Below, piece after piece: positions 17,985 through 25,481 of a DNA stretch of 39,300 bases. Origin of the DNA: a virus; UHGV virus genome UHGV-0123126; one strand, given 5' to 3'. Numbering within the stretch: position 1 is the stretch's first letter; each line of letters begins with the position of its first letter. Position numbers and translations under genes: made by a program. The notes beneath the pieces were generated by a model that saw nothing but the letters and a program-made list of their open reading frames with translations, had not been told where the DNA came from and searched no databases.

Positions 17985-18197
17985 TTAACAGATTCTGACG
18001 GCTAAAGACCCGGAGCCGGTATTGAGAAGCGTGAAGCGTTTGTTGTTAAGTTCGAATATAAAGCCAGTTGTGTCATTCACACCAACCTGAATCTGCTCAT
18101 TCGGTAGATCGGTGAGGATGTCAGCTACACACTCATCAGCTAATTTCTGTACGTGTCCGATCTCAAGAGCGATTAGGCTGGAAATAGTGGTGTTCAT
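17985..18197 (-). CDS. Hypothetical small protein, first gene of the cobT-cobS-dnaE operon
   Basis: 70-aa ORF preceded by TATAAGT-type A/T-rich motif. Confidence 0.45.
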   Translation of the reverse strand: MNTTISSLIALEIGHVQKLADECVADILTDLPNEQIQVGVNDTTGFIFELNNKRFTLLNTGSGSLAVRIC

Positions 18198-18374
18198 TCA
18201 ATCAATCCATTCTAACTTATACTATGGTAAGGAATACTACTAAAATCTATATCAATACTGAATACATTCATATCATATGCAAGTTGATTTTCTTACCTGT
18301 TTTGGGCTAATTTTTCTCCGTGCAATGGCCTTTAACCGGTCTTTTAAGTGCCTATCGAAAAAAATGATAATAGC

Positions 18375-18417
18375 TTTACAACCCTAACCTTTGATGTAAT
18401 ATCGGTAAGCACTTACC
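18375..18417 (+). promoter_or_regulatory. Sigma70-type promoter (TTTACA, 16-bp spacer, TAATAT) followed by palindrome GGTAAGCACTTACC
   Basis: Hexamers at 18375..18380 and 18397..18402; 14-bp palindrome at 18404..18417; divergent intergenic region. Confidence 0.45.
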
Positions 18418-18448
18418 AGAGAGAATTGAACGCGCAAAGGTTGTAACC

Positions 18449-18835
18449 ATGTCTGATAACAAGATTGAATTTATAGAAAGTCGCTACGCTGCTTTTATCG
18501 CAGGGTTGATTGAATCCTCACCTATGAGCCAGGCCCAGATAGCCAAAACAATTGGGTATAAAAACGCCAACAACCTTTCTTTAATTAAAAGCGGCAAAAT
18601 TCCTTTGCCTATCGATAAGGTTCGTCCGCTGGCGCTGGCACTGGGCATTGAGCCAAGTCGTCTTATGATGATGGTGCTGGAAGAACGCCAACCCGAACTC
18701 GCAGCATTTTTATACAAAGAAGGCACTGCTCCTCTTAACGAGGACGAAAAACAGGTTCTTGCTGCATATAACGAGCGATTCGGTAAAGAGAAAGGCGCAT
18801 CACAAAAGGTTGTTGAGGCCATAAAGTCTCTATGA
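18449..18835 (+). CDS. Helix-turn-helix (XRE-like) transcriptional regulator
   Basis: 128 aa; HTH segment SQAQIAKTIGYKNANNLSLIKSGK; divergent from the replication operon, convergent with the recombinase. Confidence 0.7.
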   Translation: MSDNKIEFIESRYAAFIAGLIESSPMSQAQIAKTIGYKNANNLSLIKSGKIPLPIDKVRPLALALGIEPSRLMMMVLEERQPELAAFLYKEGTAPLNEDEKQVLAAYNERFGKEKGASQKVVEAIKSL

Positions 18836-19933
18836 AAAATTTACACGAATAAGCTCTGTTGATAGACGATCTCCCTTAAATTTGTGGTCAATTTCGTCTA
18901 AATCCGGTTGCTCTACGATTGATGCGATGTACGTCGAGAAACTTTCTAAGGCGTCTCGCATCTCGTCCATATAATCGTGCCGGTCGTAGACCCGATCTAT
19001 CCCCTCAAGACTGTGGTTCATGATTTTACGTGATACCTCCTGGCTTATGCCTAATGCTGGGAAGTAACTACGCGCAGTACGGCGCAAATCTCGGGGTGTA
19101 AATGGCTCAAGCTCCATCAGTTCTGGTCGTTCCAGAATACGACGTAATGCCTGGGCTATTGCCACTTTAGACATAGGAAGGTCTTTCCCGATTTTTTTAT
19201 TCGAAGGCACGAGCCACTGGCTGTCTTTACCATATTCGAACAACTCTTCAATACAAGTGCGCATTAATGAGCTTAAAGGCAGAGAATGCTCACGGGCAGA
19301 TTTGTTCCTCTTGCCTTGATTCCAAACCCCACGCTTAAGATTGAACTCACTTTTTTTAGCCCGCAGTACTTCGTCAGGTCGTCTTGCGGATACAAGACAT
19401 AGCCTGGCCGCCCATTTTGTACCAGCGCACACATTGAAGTAGTCCCATATATTCCAGAACACCCATACCTCTGCGTCGGTCAGCTTCCGCTCGCGAGGTG
19501 TGGGCTTTGCGCCACCGGCAACTTTGTTAAGTGACATATCGTTTAACGGTGACACGTCTATCATCCCCTGGAAGGCGCACCAGCTAAGGAACTGCTTCAT
19601 CAGAGAGAAAACGCGGCGGCCCATAACAATTTTGCCATCCAGTATTAGTGGGTTGACCAGTTGGTTCACCATGAACCTATTAATGTCACTTACTTTTACA
19701 TCGGCAATGTGCGGCAAAACATGTATCAAAATACAATGAACAGCGATCTCTGGCCGACGTCTGGTTATCAGCAGAGATAAGCGAGTGAATAACATGAATG
19801 CGTCCGAGAATCTCATGTCATTGCTGACCTGGGAGATCATAACGGCCTGCATTTGAGATGCTCTTTCGAGATACTCTATCGCCTCTTTTGAGGTGTTCTC
19901 CGCAGCGCGTGCTCTGTCAAAGCTATTTTTCAT
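18830..19933 (-). CDS. Tyrosine recombinase / integrase family protein
   Basis: C-terminal catalytic region RDLRRTARSYF ... MNHSLEGIDRVYDRHDY (R..H..Y pattern); 367 aa. Confidence 0.8.
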   Translation of the reverse strand: MKNSFDRARAAENTSKEAIEYLERASQMQAVMISQVSNDMRFSDAFMLFTRLSLLITRRRPEIAVHCILIHVLPHIADVKVSDINRFMVNQLVNPLILDGKIVMGRRVFSLMKQFLSWCAFQGMIDVSPLNDMSLNKVAGGAKPTPRERKLTDAEVWVFWNIWDYFNVCAGTKWAARLCLVSARRPDEVLRAKKSEFNLKRGVWNQGKRNKSAREHSLPLSSLMRTCIEELFEYGKDSQWLVPSNKKIGKDLPMSKVAIAQALRRILERPELMELEPFTPRDLRRTARSYFPALGISQEVSRKIMNHSLEGIDRVYDRHDYMDEMRDALESFSTYIASIVEQPDLDEIDHKFKGDRLSTELIRVNFS

Positions 19934-19959
19934 ATGACAATCACCGAGTTACGCCGATG

Positions 19960-19979
19960 CACTGTATAAGTAAACAGTA
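19960..19979. promoter_or_regulatory. LexA-box-like site CACTGTATAAGTAAACAGTA (CTGT-N8-ACAG)
   Basis: Fits CTGT-N8-ACAG with A/T-rich spacer; about 30 bp upstream of the recombinase start. Confidence 0.4.
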
Positions 19980-20031
19980 TATTAGGCATAGATTCTTATA
20001 GGATCAAGAGTAAAAGTAACTCATTTTCAGC

Positions 20032-20064
20032 AATGATTCCATACATAGTAGGTATGGAATCATT
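20032..20064. repeat. Perfect 13-bp inverted repeat AATGATTCCATAC-(7 bp)-GTATGGAATCATT; lox/dif-like candidate core site
   Basis: 13-bp arms with 7-bp spacer, about 100 bp upstream of the tyrosine recombinase gene. Confidence 0.45.
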
Positions 20065-20143
20065 TTGACGTTGTTTTTTGAATTTTAAGGGAAACGGGAG
20101 TGAGTTTGGTGGGAATAAAAACGGCTCCTGTGAGCCGTTAAAA

Positions 20144-20389
20144 TCAGAGGGTGCTGACGTATGCAGCCAGTTCTGTGTATCCGCCAATCGGTTGGCCATC
20201 GATCAGCACTTGGGGGATAGTCTCTACCGGTTTACCAACAATTTCACTTAGTTTTTCCTTGTCGATACCGGCAGTGGTGATGTCGATGTACTCATAATCA
20301 CCGTAGCCATGTCCCTTTAGTTGCTTCGCCAGCTCGACCGCACGTTTGCAGTATGAGCAGTTATCTCGTCCGTAGATAGTGATCGTCAT
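20144..20389 (-). CDS. Glutaredoxin-like protein (CxxC thioredoxin fold)
   Basis: MTITIYGRDNCSYCKRAVELAK...; GAGG SD before the internal ATG; track ORF extended upstream. Confidence 0.75.
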   Translation of the reverse strand: MTITIYGRDNCSYCKRAVELAKQLKGHGYGDYEYIDITTAGIDKEKLSEIVGKPVETIPQVLIDGQPIGGYTELAAYVSTL

Positions 20390-20563
20390 TGTTACCTCAT
20401 AGAATTGATATGCAACTTTACTTACAAAGAAGATAGGTGTGTGCATACTTATCTTTACAGTCTGCATTATAAAGCTATTAAAGCCTCGATCAATCTATTA
20501 ATTAAGGCATTGTTTGGTTAACATTAGCCTAATATTTTATAGTTAGTAGAGTGAAATACATAC

Positions 20564-21826
20564 ATGCCTTTTTTAATTTTCATTATTATACTACTGCTCA
20601 CCGTCATTTTTTGGGATTGGGTTGTTTTAAATGGTCAAACTGTTGGAACATTGGCTACAGCATTTGCTTTTATAGCAACAGCATGGAATGCCTACGAAGC
20701 GAGAAAAAGTGCAAAAGCAGCTTTTTCAGCCCTTCAATTAACAACTGAATCATTGTTCGAAATGCGAAAGAGTGCATTTAAACAATGGTTTGATTCCTTA
20801 TTAAATCAACATGATGAGTTATGTCTTCTTGCAAAACAAATTATCGATAAACACAAAATTAATTTAAACAGCGATGAGTTACATAGACTATATTATCCAT
20901 TGGTAAGACAGCATGAGGTAATACAGTATGTGAAGCATATTATTAATATATTTGAGTATGTGGATGGTTCATTTTATATTGATGGGGAATGTCTCAAGGA
21001 AAAAAGAGCGTATGTGTCACAATTAATTTTTAAAATCCCACCTCAGATGAAGTTGATCATTGCTATCTTTGGATTAAAAATCGATTATTGTGAACATATT
21101 AATTCGGAAAAACTGTGTTGTTTATTGAATAAATATGATTTTTTCAATGATGAAATATTTTTTGATGATGCTTATTCAAATATGCCTTATCTGGATACAT
21201 TCATAAACCTTAGATTCAACAAAATATTCAAATCTCGAATGATAAATTATTTTGATAATATCATTAAAAGTTATTATGTTCCATCGGACGTTAAAAGGGA
21301 CTGGATGTTTCGACACCCAAAGCTCGTACCGTCGGTTCTTATGAATTATAAAACTCCTTGTTCTCCTATAATTAATGATTACTTTGAGAAGTTGCCTTTA
21401 CATGTAAGAAACTACTTTGAGGAACTACTTAAAACCGCGAATGATAGAGTTACTCATTTTGACGTTTACATCCCACGCCTTATTGGTTGTTCAATCGTGC
21501 AACATTACGAAGATGTGCCTTCCGAAAAAAACAGGTTAAATGACAGGAATGATGTAATAGCTATGGCTGAAGATTACATCGAGAAAAGAAAATCTAATCA
21601 ACTAGATTACATACTTGAAGATATATACTTTAAGAGTGACGAAGATATAATCCCAGGCCACCATTTAATTGTGGCATTTGATGACTATGAATATAAATTA
21701 GCACTAATTAAGATAAATGAAAATAAAGATAACGATAATCTTTTAAATCGAATTTATACTGAATCCAGTAGCATGGTTAATGAATATAAGCGCGAAATAT
21801 TAAAATTGGGCGACTATGCAAAGTAA
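20564..21826 (+). CDS. AT-rich membrane-anchored protein of unknown function (two N-terminal TM helices, about 370-aa cytoplasmic domain); candidate abortive-infection/defence protein
   Basis: 420-aa ORF with GC content clearly lower than flanking DNA; only long plus-strand gene here; own terminator. Confidence 0.65.
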   Translation: MPFLIFIIILLLTVIFWDWVVLNGQTVGTLATAFAFIATAWNAYEARKSAKAAFSALQLTTESLFEMRKSAFKQWFDSLLNQHDELCLLAKQIIDKHKINLNSDELHRLYYPLVRQHEVIQYVKHIINIFEYVDGSFYIDGECLKEKRAYVSQLIFKIPPQMKLIIAIFGLKIDYCEHINSEKLCCLLNKYDFFNDEIFFDDAYSNMPYLDTFINLRFNKIFKSRMINYFDNIIKSYYVPSDVKRDWMFRHPKLVPSVLMNYKTPCSPIINDYFEKLPLHVRNYFEELLKTANDRVTHFDVYIPRLIGCSIVQHYEDVPSEKNRLNDRNDVIAMAEDYIEKRKSNQLDYILEDIYFKSDEDIIPGHHLIVAFDDYEYKLALIKINENKDNDNLLNRIYTESSSMVNEYKREILKLGDYAK

Positions 21827-21844
21827 ATTGCACTGTTCAACAAA

Positions 21845-21871
21845 AAAGGGGCCGAAGCCCCTTTGAATTTT
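21845..21871 (+). terminator. Rho-independent terminator (AAAGGGGC-CGAA-GCCCCTTT)
   Basis: GC-rich hairpin then TTTGAATTTT, 20 nt after the AT-rich gene stop. Confidence 0.55.
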
Positions 21872-21938
21872 GCGCTGAAAAAAGTGTTGCTAGGATGTTA
21901 GCAAGCTATGGTTAAGAACGTCTGCCGTAATTATCTAT

Positions 21939-22016
21939 CACAGCGTTGAGCGGTCTGGTTTATGTTAGCGGAGTCTTAATCGAGTTGATTAAAAGGCCAA
22001 ACCGCTCAACGCTGTG
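21939..22016. repeat. 16-bp perfect inverted repeat CACAGCGTTGAGCGGT / ACCGCTCAACGCTGTG, 46-bp spacer with nested palindrome
   Basis: Arms at 21939..21954 and 22001..22016; directly abuts the 3' end of tRNA-Ser. Confidence 0.6.
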
Positions 22017-22018
22017 TC

Positions 22019-22105
22019 TGGCGGAGAGTAATGGAATCGAACCATCATCGTTTGCACAATGGGACGGTTTTCAAGACCGCTTGAGCACCATGCTCCCTAC
22101 TCTCC
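22019..22105 (-). tRNA. tRNA-Ser (anticodon UGA), class II with long variable arm, CCA encoded
   Basis: Hand-folded: acceptor GGAGAGT/ACTCTCC, anticodon loop CTTGAAA, T-loop TTCGATT, discriminator G + CCA. Confidence 0.6.
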
Positions 22106-22322
22106 AATTGTTGTGGTTACCGGTACTGATCTCCGGCTTAGCGACCCCGGCTACTGACTGCATTGCAGTGTGTGAACTCGCCTCGTGTGTCGCTGGGGCA
22201 TTTCTTTCCGCGCATCAGTCTGCGCATCAACCACAACGAAAAGAGCACTGTATGACGTTTGCACGGACTTACGCTTAAAACAGGGCAGTCTCGGCGGTTT
22301 TCAATGCTCTTTCCTGTTGTGT

Positions 22323-22398
22323 TGGTGCCGGTTAACGGACTCGAACCGCTGACATCCTGCTTACAAGGCAGGCGCTCTACCAACTGAGCTAAACCGGC
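22323..22398 (-). tRNA. tRNA-Thr (anticodon UGU), CCA encoded
   Basis: Hand-folded: acceptor GCCGGTT/AACCGGC, D-arm GCTC..GAGC, anticodon stem CCTGC/GCAGG with loop CTTGTAA, T-loop TTCGAGT. Confidence 0.8.
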
Positions 22399-22402
22399 AA
22401 TT

Positions 22403-22489
22403 TGGTGGGGAGTGATGGAGTCGAACCACCCGAGTCGCCATGACAGTAGATTTACAGTCTACACCGCTACCTCTACGGACTAACTCCCC
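22403..22489 (-). tRNA. tRNA-Tyr (anticodon GUA), long variable arm, CCA encoded
   Basis: Hand-folded: acceptor GGGGAGT/ACTCCCC, anticodon stem GTAGA/TCTAC with loop CTGTAAA, T-loop TTCGACT. Confidence 0.8.
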
Positions 22490-22494
22490 TAAAT

Positions 22495-22569
22495 TGGCGA
22501 TGGTGGGTGGATTCGAACCACCGACCAGTTGGTTAACAGCCAACTGCTCTACCGCTGAGCTACACCATC
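22495..22569 (-). tRNA. tRNA-Asn (anticodon GUU), CCA encoded
   Basis: Hand-folded: acceptor GATGGTG/CACCATC, anticodon stem GTTGG/CCAAC with loop CTGTTAA, T-arm GGTGG-TTCGAAT-CCACC. Confidence 0.8.
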
Positions 22570-22835
22570 AATTCAGCACTGCCAGTATTTATTACTCAAC
22601 AGTGCCAATCGCGACGGTTTAGTTTCTGCCAGGAAACGCACCGCTACTTGCACTTTTCGTTAGTGCCAGACGCTTTCGACTTCGCTCAATAGTAGAAGGC
22701 AAAATCTTTAAATAGATGATGTTTCTGAGGACAGCACCTACTTTGTAATTTATACAATGTGATGTATGGAATAATTTGTTGTGAAAACAGGCACCAATGG
22801 CAACAGTGGTTAAACCTACACAACAATCCCGTCTT

Positions 22836-22957
22836 CACAACGTTGAGGCCACTACTCCGATTGAATGTTTGCCCAACATGTTACATATCAACGCTCGCCG
22901 GTATCTCTGTGAATAGAACCTTAGAATTGATAAAAATGTAATGGCCTCAACGTTGTG
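22836..22957. repeat. 16-bp perfect inverted repeat CACAACGTTGAGGCCA / TGGCCTCAACGTTGTG, about 90-bp spacer
   Basis: Arms at 22836..22851 and 22942..22957; shares core CACA-CGTTGAG with the repeat at 21939. Confidence 0.6.
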
Positions 22958-23033
22958 TGCTGGCTAACCATACCAGCCGGGCTACGTCGCCGCTTTTTAA
23001 CCCAGTATAAACGACATAATTGAACAAAATGAC

Positions 23034-23112
23034 GTAACAGAATGGGCGGTCAGTGGCTAAGAATCCGGGAGTCATATGGAGTTGAAAATATACCAACCGC
23101 CCATTCTGTTAC
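23034..23112. repeat. 16-bp perfect inverted repeat GTAACAGAATGGGCGG / CCGCCCATTCTGTTAC, 47-bp spacer
   Basis: Arms at 23034..23049 and 23097..23112 in a non-coding region. Confidence 0.6.
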
Positions 23113-23118
23113 TTCATC

Positions 23119-23142
23119 GGAGGGAACATGAATGTTCCCTCC
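23119..23142. repeat. 24-bp palindrome GGAGGGAACAT-GA-ATGTTCCCTCC
   Basis: Perfect 11-bp arms; no T-run on either side, so protein-binding site or RNA hairpin rather than a terminator. Confidence 0.55.
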
Positions 23143-23316
23143 TGCGTTCTGCAATCACACTCGCTCAGTGTGTCCCATTTCGGTAACGAGGCTGGAAACT
23201 GACCTCGCTGGTGTTTGGCTTATTAGGCTACTGCCAGATAGACTTCTTCGTTTGCACTTGTATTTAAGTTCAAACAGTCGCGTCTCAACGAAAACAAAGT
23301 CATCTTATACACAAAA

Positions 23317-23338
23317 GATAAGTAAGTAAATACTTATC
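23317..23338. promoter_or_regulatory. Palindrome GATAAGTA-AGTAAA-TACTTATC, 3' of the small-gene operon
   Basis: Perfect 8-bp arms; same ATAAGTA/TACTTAT family as 3546, 15746, 26840. Confidence 0.45.
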
Positions 23339-23347
23339 AATATGTTT

Positions 23348-23638
23348 TTATTCGGTTGTGACTTTTTTGATCAAGGCCACTCTACGACTAGGTGTTCTTG
23401 TAATGGTGGCAGTGAATCGTTTCGCTTGGATAGTAATGGTTTCGTTCTCCTTAAGTTGCCCGTAGCGAGTTTCCACCAGGGTGCCAAGACGCCACAGACC
23501 ATCATCGATACGTTTATGACTAGCAAATTTAATCAGCAACAGTTTTACGACTAACTGACCTACGTAAAAGGCGAATGCGACTCCGGCCGCTAAGAAATAG
23601 GTGGCCAACCACCATTCCCAAGAAGTTAAATTGCTCAT
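23348..23638 (-). CDS. Hypothetical membrane protein (96 aa, N-terminal TM helix)
   Basis: Start overlaps upstream stop (ATGA); preferred over antisense ORF 23342..23554. Confidence 0.5.
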   Translation of the reverse strand: MSNLTSWEWWLATYFLAAGVAFAFYVGQLVVKLLLIKFASHKRIDDGLWRLGTLVETRYGQLKENETITIQAKRFTATITRTPSRRVALIKKVTTE

Positions 23639-23787
23639 TTTTTCACCTTTGTTTCATGAACTACCCGATACACACGCTTTCCGATGCACAGTGTTTTGGT
23701 TTTAAGTTCCTGCTTAATTAAATCACGACAGATGCCGAAGCCGATAAGGAAGCCACCCATAAAAGCTAATGAGATGTATGGAATCAT
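23635..23787 (-). CDS. Small membrane protein (50 aa), not in ORF track
   Basis: Own translation MIPYISLAFMGGFLIGFGICRDLIKQELKTKTLCIGKRVYRVVHETKVKK; ATGA overlaps at both ends. Confidence 0.4.
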   Translation of the reverse strand: MIPYISLAFMGGFLIGFGICRDLIKQELKTKTLCIGKRVYRVVHETKVKK

Positions 23788-23999
23788 TTTAACACTCCTG
23801 ATTCTACTAATTGCTGTAGCAATACTTTCCCTTTATCAGTTAACTGGTAGTTGGCCGAACACCACGTTTCAGAAACGTTTGCAACCAACCCTAAACGCTC
23901 TAACTTAGCTCGCGTTTTAGGCTTCCAGTACTCAGGGAACTCCGGCCACTTACTGATTTCATGAAGCGTTTCCTTCTCCCGTTTACTTAATACGATCAT
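23784..23999 (-). CDS. Hypothetical small protein (71 aa)
   Basis: Coupled ORF in the post-ligase operon. Confidence 0.5.
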   Translation of the reverse strand: MIVLSKREKETLHEISKWPEFPEYWKPKTRAKLERLGLVANVSETWCSANYQLTDKGKVLLQQLVESGVLK

Positions 24000-24162
24000 C
24001 CTTAATCTCCTTCAGGGTGTTGGTTATTTCTACAATGCGATAAATACGACCGCGTCTTTCTATAACACCGCTTTTAATGTAGTCATTGATGCAACTGGAC
24101 ATCACCACAATACCTATGAAAAACCCAACTGCTAAAAATGCAATCATCCAGCCGAGCATCAT
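23983..24162 (-). CDS. Small membrane protein (59 aa), not in ORF track
   Basis: Own translation MMLGWMIAFLAVGFFIGIVVMSSCINDYIKSGVIERRGRIYRIVEITNTLKEIKDDRIK; start overlaps ligase stop (ATGA). Confidence 0.4.
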   Translation of the reverse strand: MMLGWMIAFLAVGFFIGIVVMSSCINDYIKSGVIERRGRIYRIVEITNTLKEIKDDRIK

Positions 24163-25481
24163 TCTTTATCTCCGATTCGATCTTCTGTATCGCGTAAGCA
24201 ACGCGGCCATTTCAGTCGGGGGTGGCGTAAGCTGCCATCCGGTGTTTTCTCGTGACAATGAACCTCAACAATACGACCACGGTACTTCTCTTTGTTGTTC
24301 CAGATCTCGTCCAGATATTTATGCTTAATACCGCTCGCACGAACGATGACGCCGTTTTCAAGACGAATAACAATTTTTCCAAGTGTGTTGGCAAAACCAG
24401 AGTCCGGGTCGCCCGGCTCAAAGTCGATAATTTCACCATCTTCTGAATCTTCGTCTTTTAACTTCCACCAGCTGCGGGTACGTTTAAACTCGTAAACAGA
24501 GTTCGGATCTTTGCCCATCTCCCCTTCTTCGTTATCGTCCAGGCGTTTCATGAAGCGTTCGATGAAGTCTTCGTGGCTATGGATGATATAGAACGGATGC
24601 AGGTGAATGTCTTGTGTGTAGCCTTCACTGCGATCGTTTTTGAACAACGCCACCAGCATAGCCAGGCGCTCTTTCAGCTTCATACCTGTCTTTGCATACT
24701 CTTTGGATTTAGCCTGTGCTCGCCATTCCGGTAGGAAGAAGTCGAAAACATGATAAATAGCGCCAATTGCCTGCACGTTCTTTTTGCGCAATGCAGATAC
24801 GGACTGGTTAAATGAACCGGCAGTTCCTTCACCATCGAAGAAGATGTGTTTGTGGCCTGAAAGTTTGCCTAATTCGAGCATGGCTGGCTTTAGGTGATCG
24901 AGAGACGTGATTGGATTACCAGTACGAGAAAGGAAGTTAACCTCTTCCTCGTCAACAATAACCTCGCAAATTACTCGCAAACCATCGAGCTTAAGACTGC
25001 CAATCATCGGCCATTTGGCTTTAGGATTTGGCTTGAAGGGGTATTTGTCGCCTTTTTCTTTATACGGTGACGCCAGCTGCACCTCGAATTTCGGAATGGG
25101 ATTTTCAAAAACCTTGTTACATAGGCTAATCCCAACGCCAGCTTTCGGATCTTTTAAGAGGAAACGACGGAACACGTCCTGCCCATCGGCGCACATTGAC
25201 GCCACGATAGACTCAACAGCAGCTATTGCTGCGTTCCCCGTCAGCTCGCGAGAGGCCAGCTTATTCAGTATATCAATGGCTTTTTCGTCACTTGGGACGG
25301 ACTCACTAAGCGGCTCTGCCACTTTGTATTTCTTTACCCCAAAACGGATGAAAGGGTTGAGCATCAATGAAACCATGCTTTGCTCGAAGTCATCCATGTT
25401 GGCCAATGCCTCTTTTTTTGCATTGGTTCCCATAGCTTTCATTTCGTCCAGCTTATGCTTAAGTGCGATCAACTTTTTCAT
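24159..25481 (-). CDS. ATP-dependent DNA ligase
   Basis: Adenylation motif SLKLDGLRV (KxDG); EGEMGK and WWKLK regions resemble ligase motifs; 440 aa. Confidence 0.85.
   Translation of the reverse strand: MKKLIALKHKLDEMKAMGTNAKKEALANMDDFEQSMVSLMLNPFIRFGVKKYKVAEPLSESVPSDEKAIDILNKLASRELTGNAAIAAVESIVASMCADGQDVFRRFLLKDPKAGVGISLCNKVFENPIPKFEVQLASPYKEKGDKYPFKPNPKAKWPMIGSLKLDGLRVICEVIVDEEEVNFLSRTGNPITSLDHLKPAMLELGKLSGHKHIFFDGEGTAGSFNQSVSALRKKNVQAIGAIYHVFDFFLPEWRAQAKSKEYAKTGMKLKERLAMLVALFKNDRSEGYTQDIHLHPFYIIHSHEDFIERFMKRLDDNEEGEMGKDPNSVYEFKRTRSWWKLKDEDSEDGEIIDFEPGDPDSGFANTLGKIVIRLENGVIVRASGIKHKYLDEIWNNKEKYRGRIVEVHCHEKTPDGSLRHPRLKWPRCLRDTEDRIGDKE

Noticed and set aside
19996-20199. 67-aa minus-strand ORF in the recombinase-glutaredoxin intergenic region
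   Set aside because: Spans the lox-like inverted repeat and overlaps the glutaredoxin 3' end; no SD; treated as non-coding.
21946-22622. Track ORFs 21946..22278(+), 22138..22383(-), 22361..22543(-), 22440..22622(+)
   Set aside because: They overlap the tRNA genes and inverted repeats, have no ribosome-binding sites and mutually overlap; read as tRNA and structured RNA, not protein-coding.
23342-23554. Plus-strand 70-aa ORF antisense to the 96-aa minus-strand gene
   Set aside because: The minus-strand ORF is coupled (ATGA overlap) to the upstream operon and has a TM helix; the plus ORF starts inside a palindromic regulatory motif and is likely non-coding.
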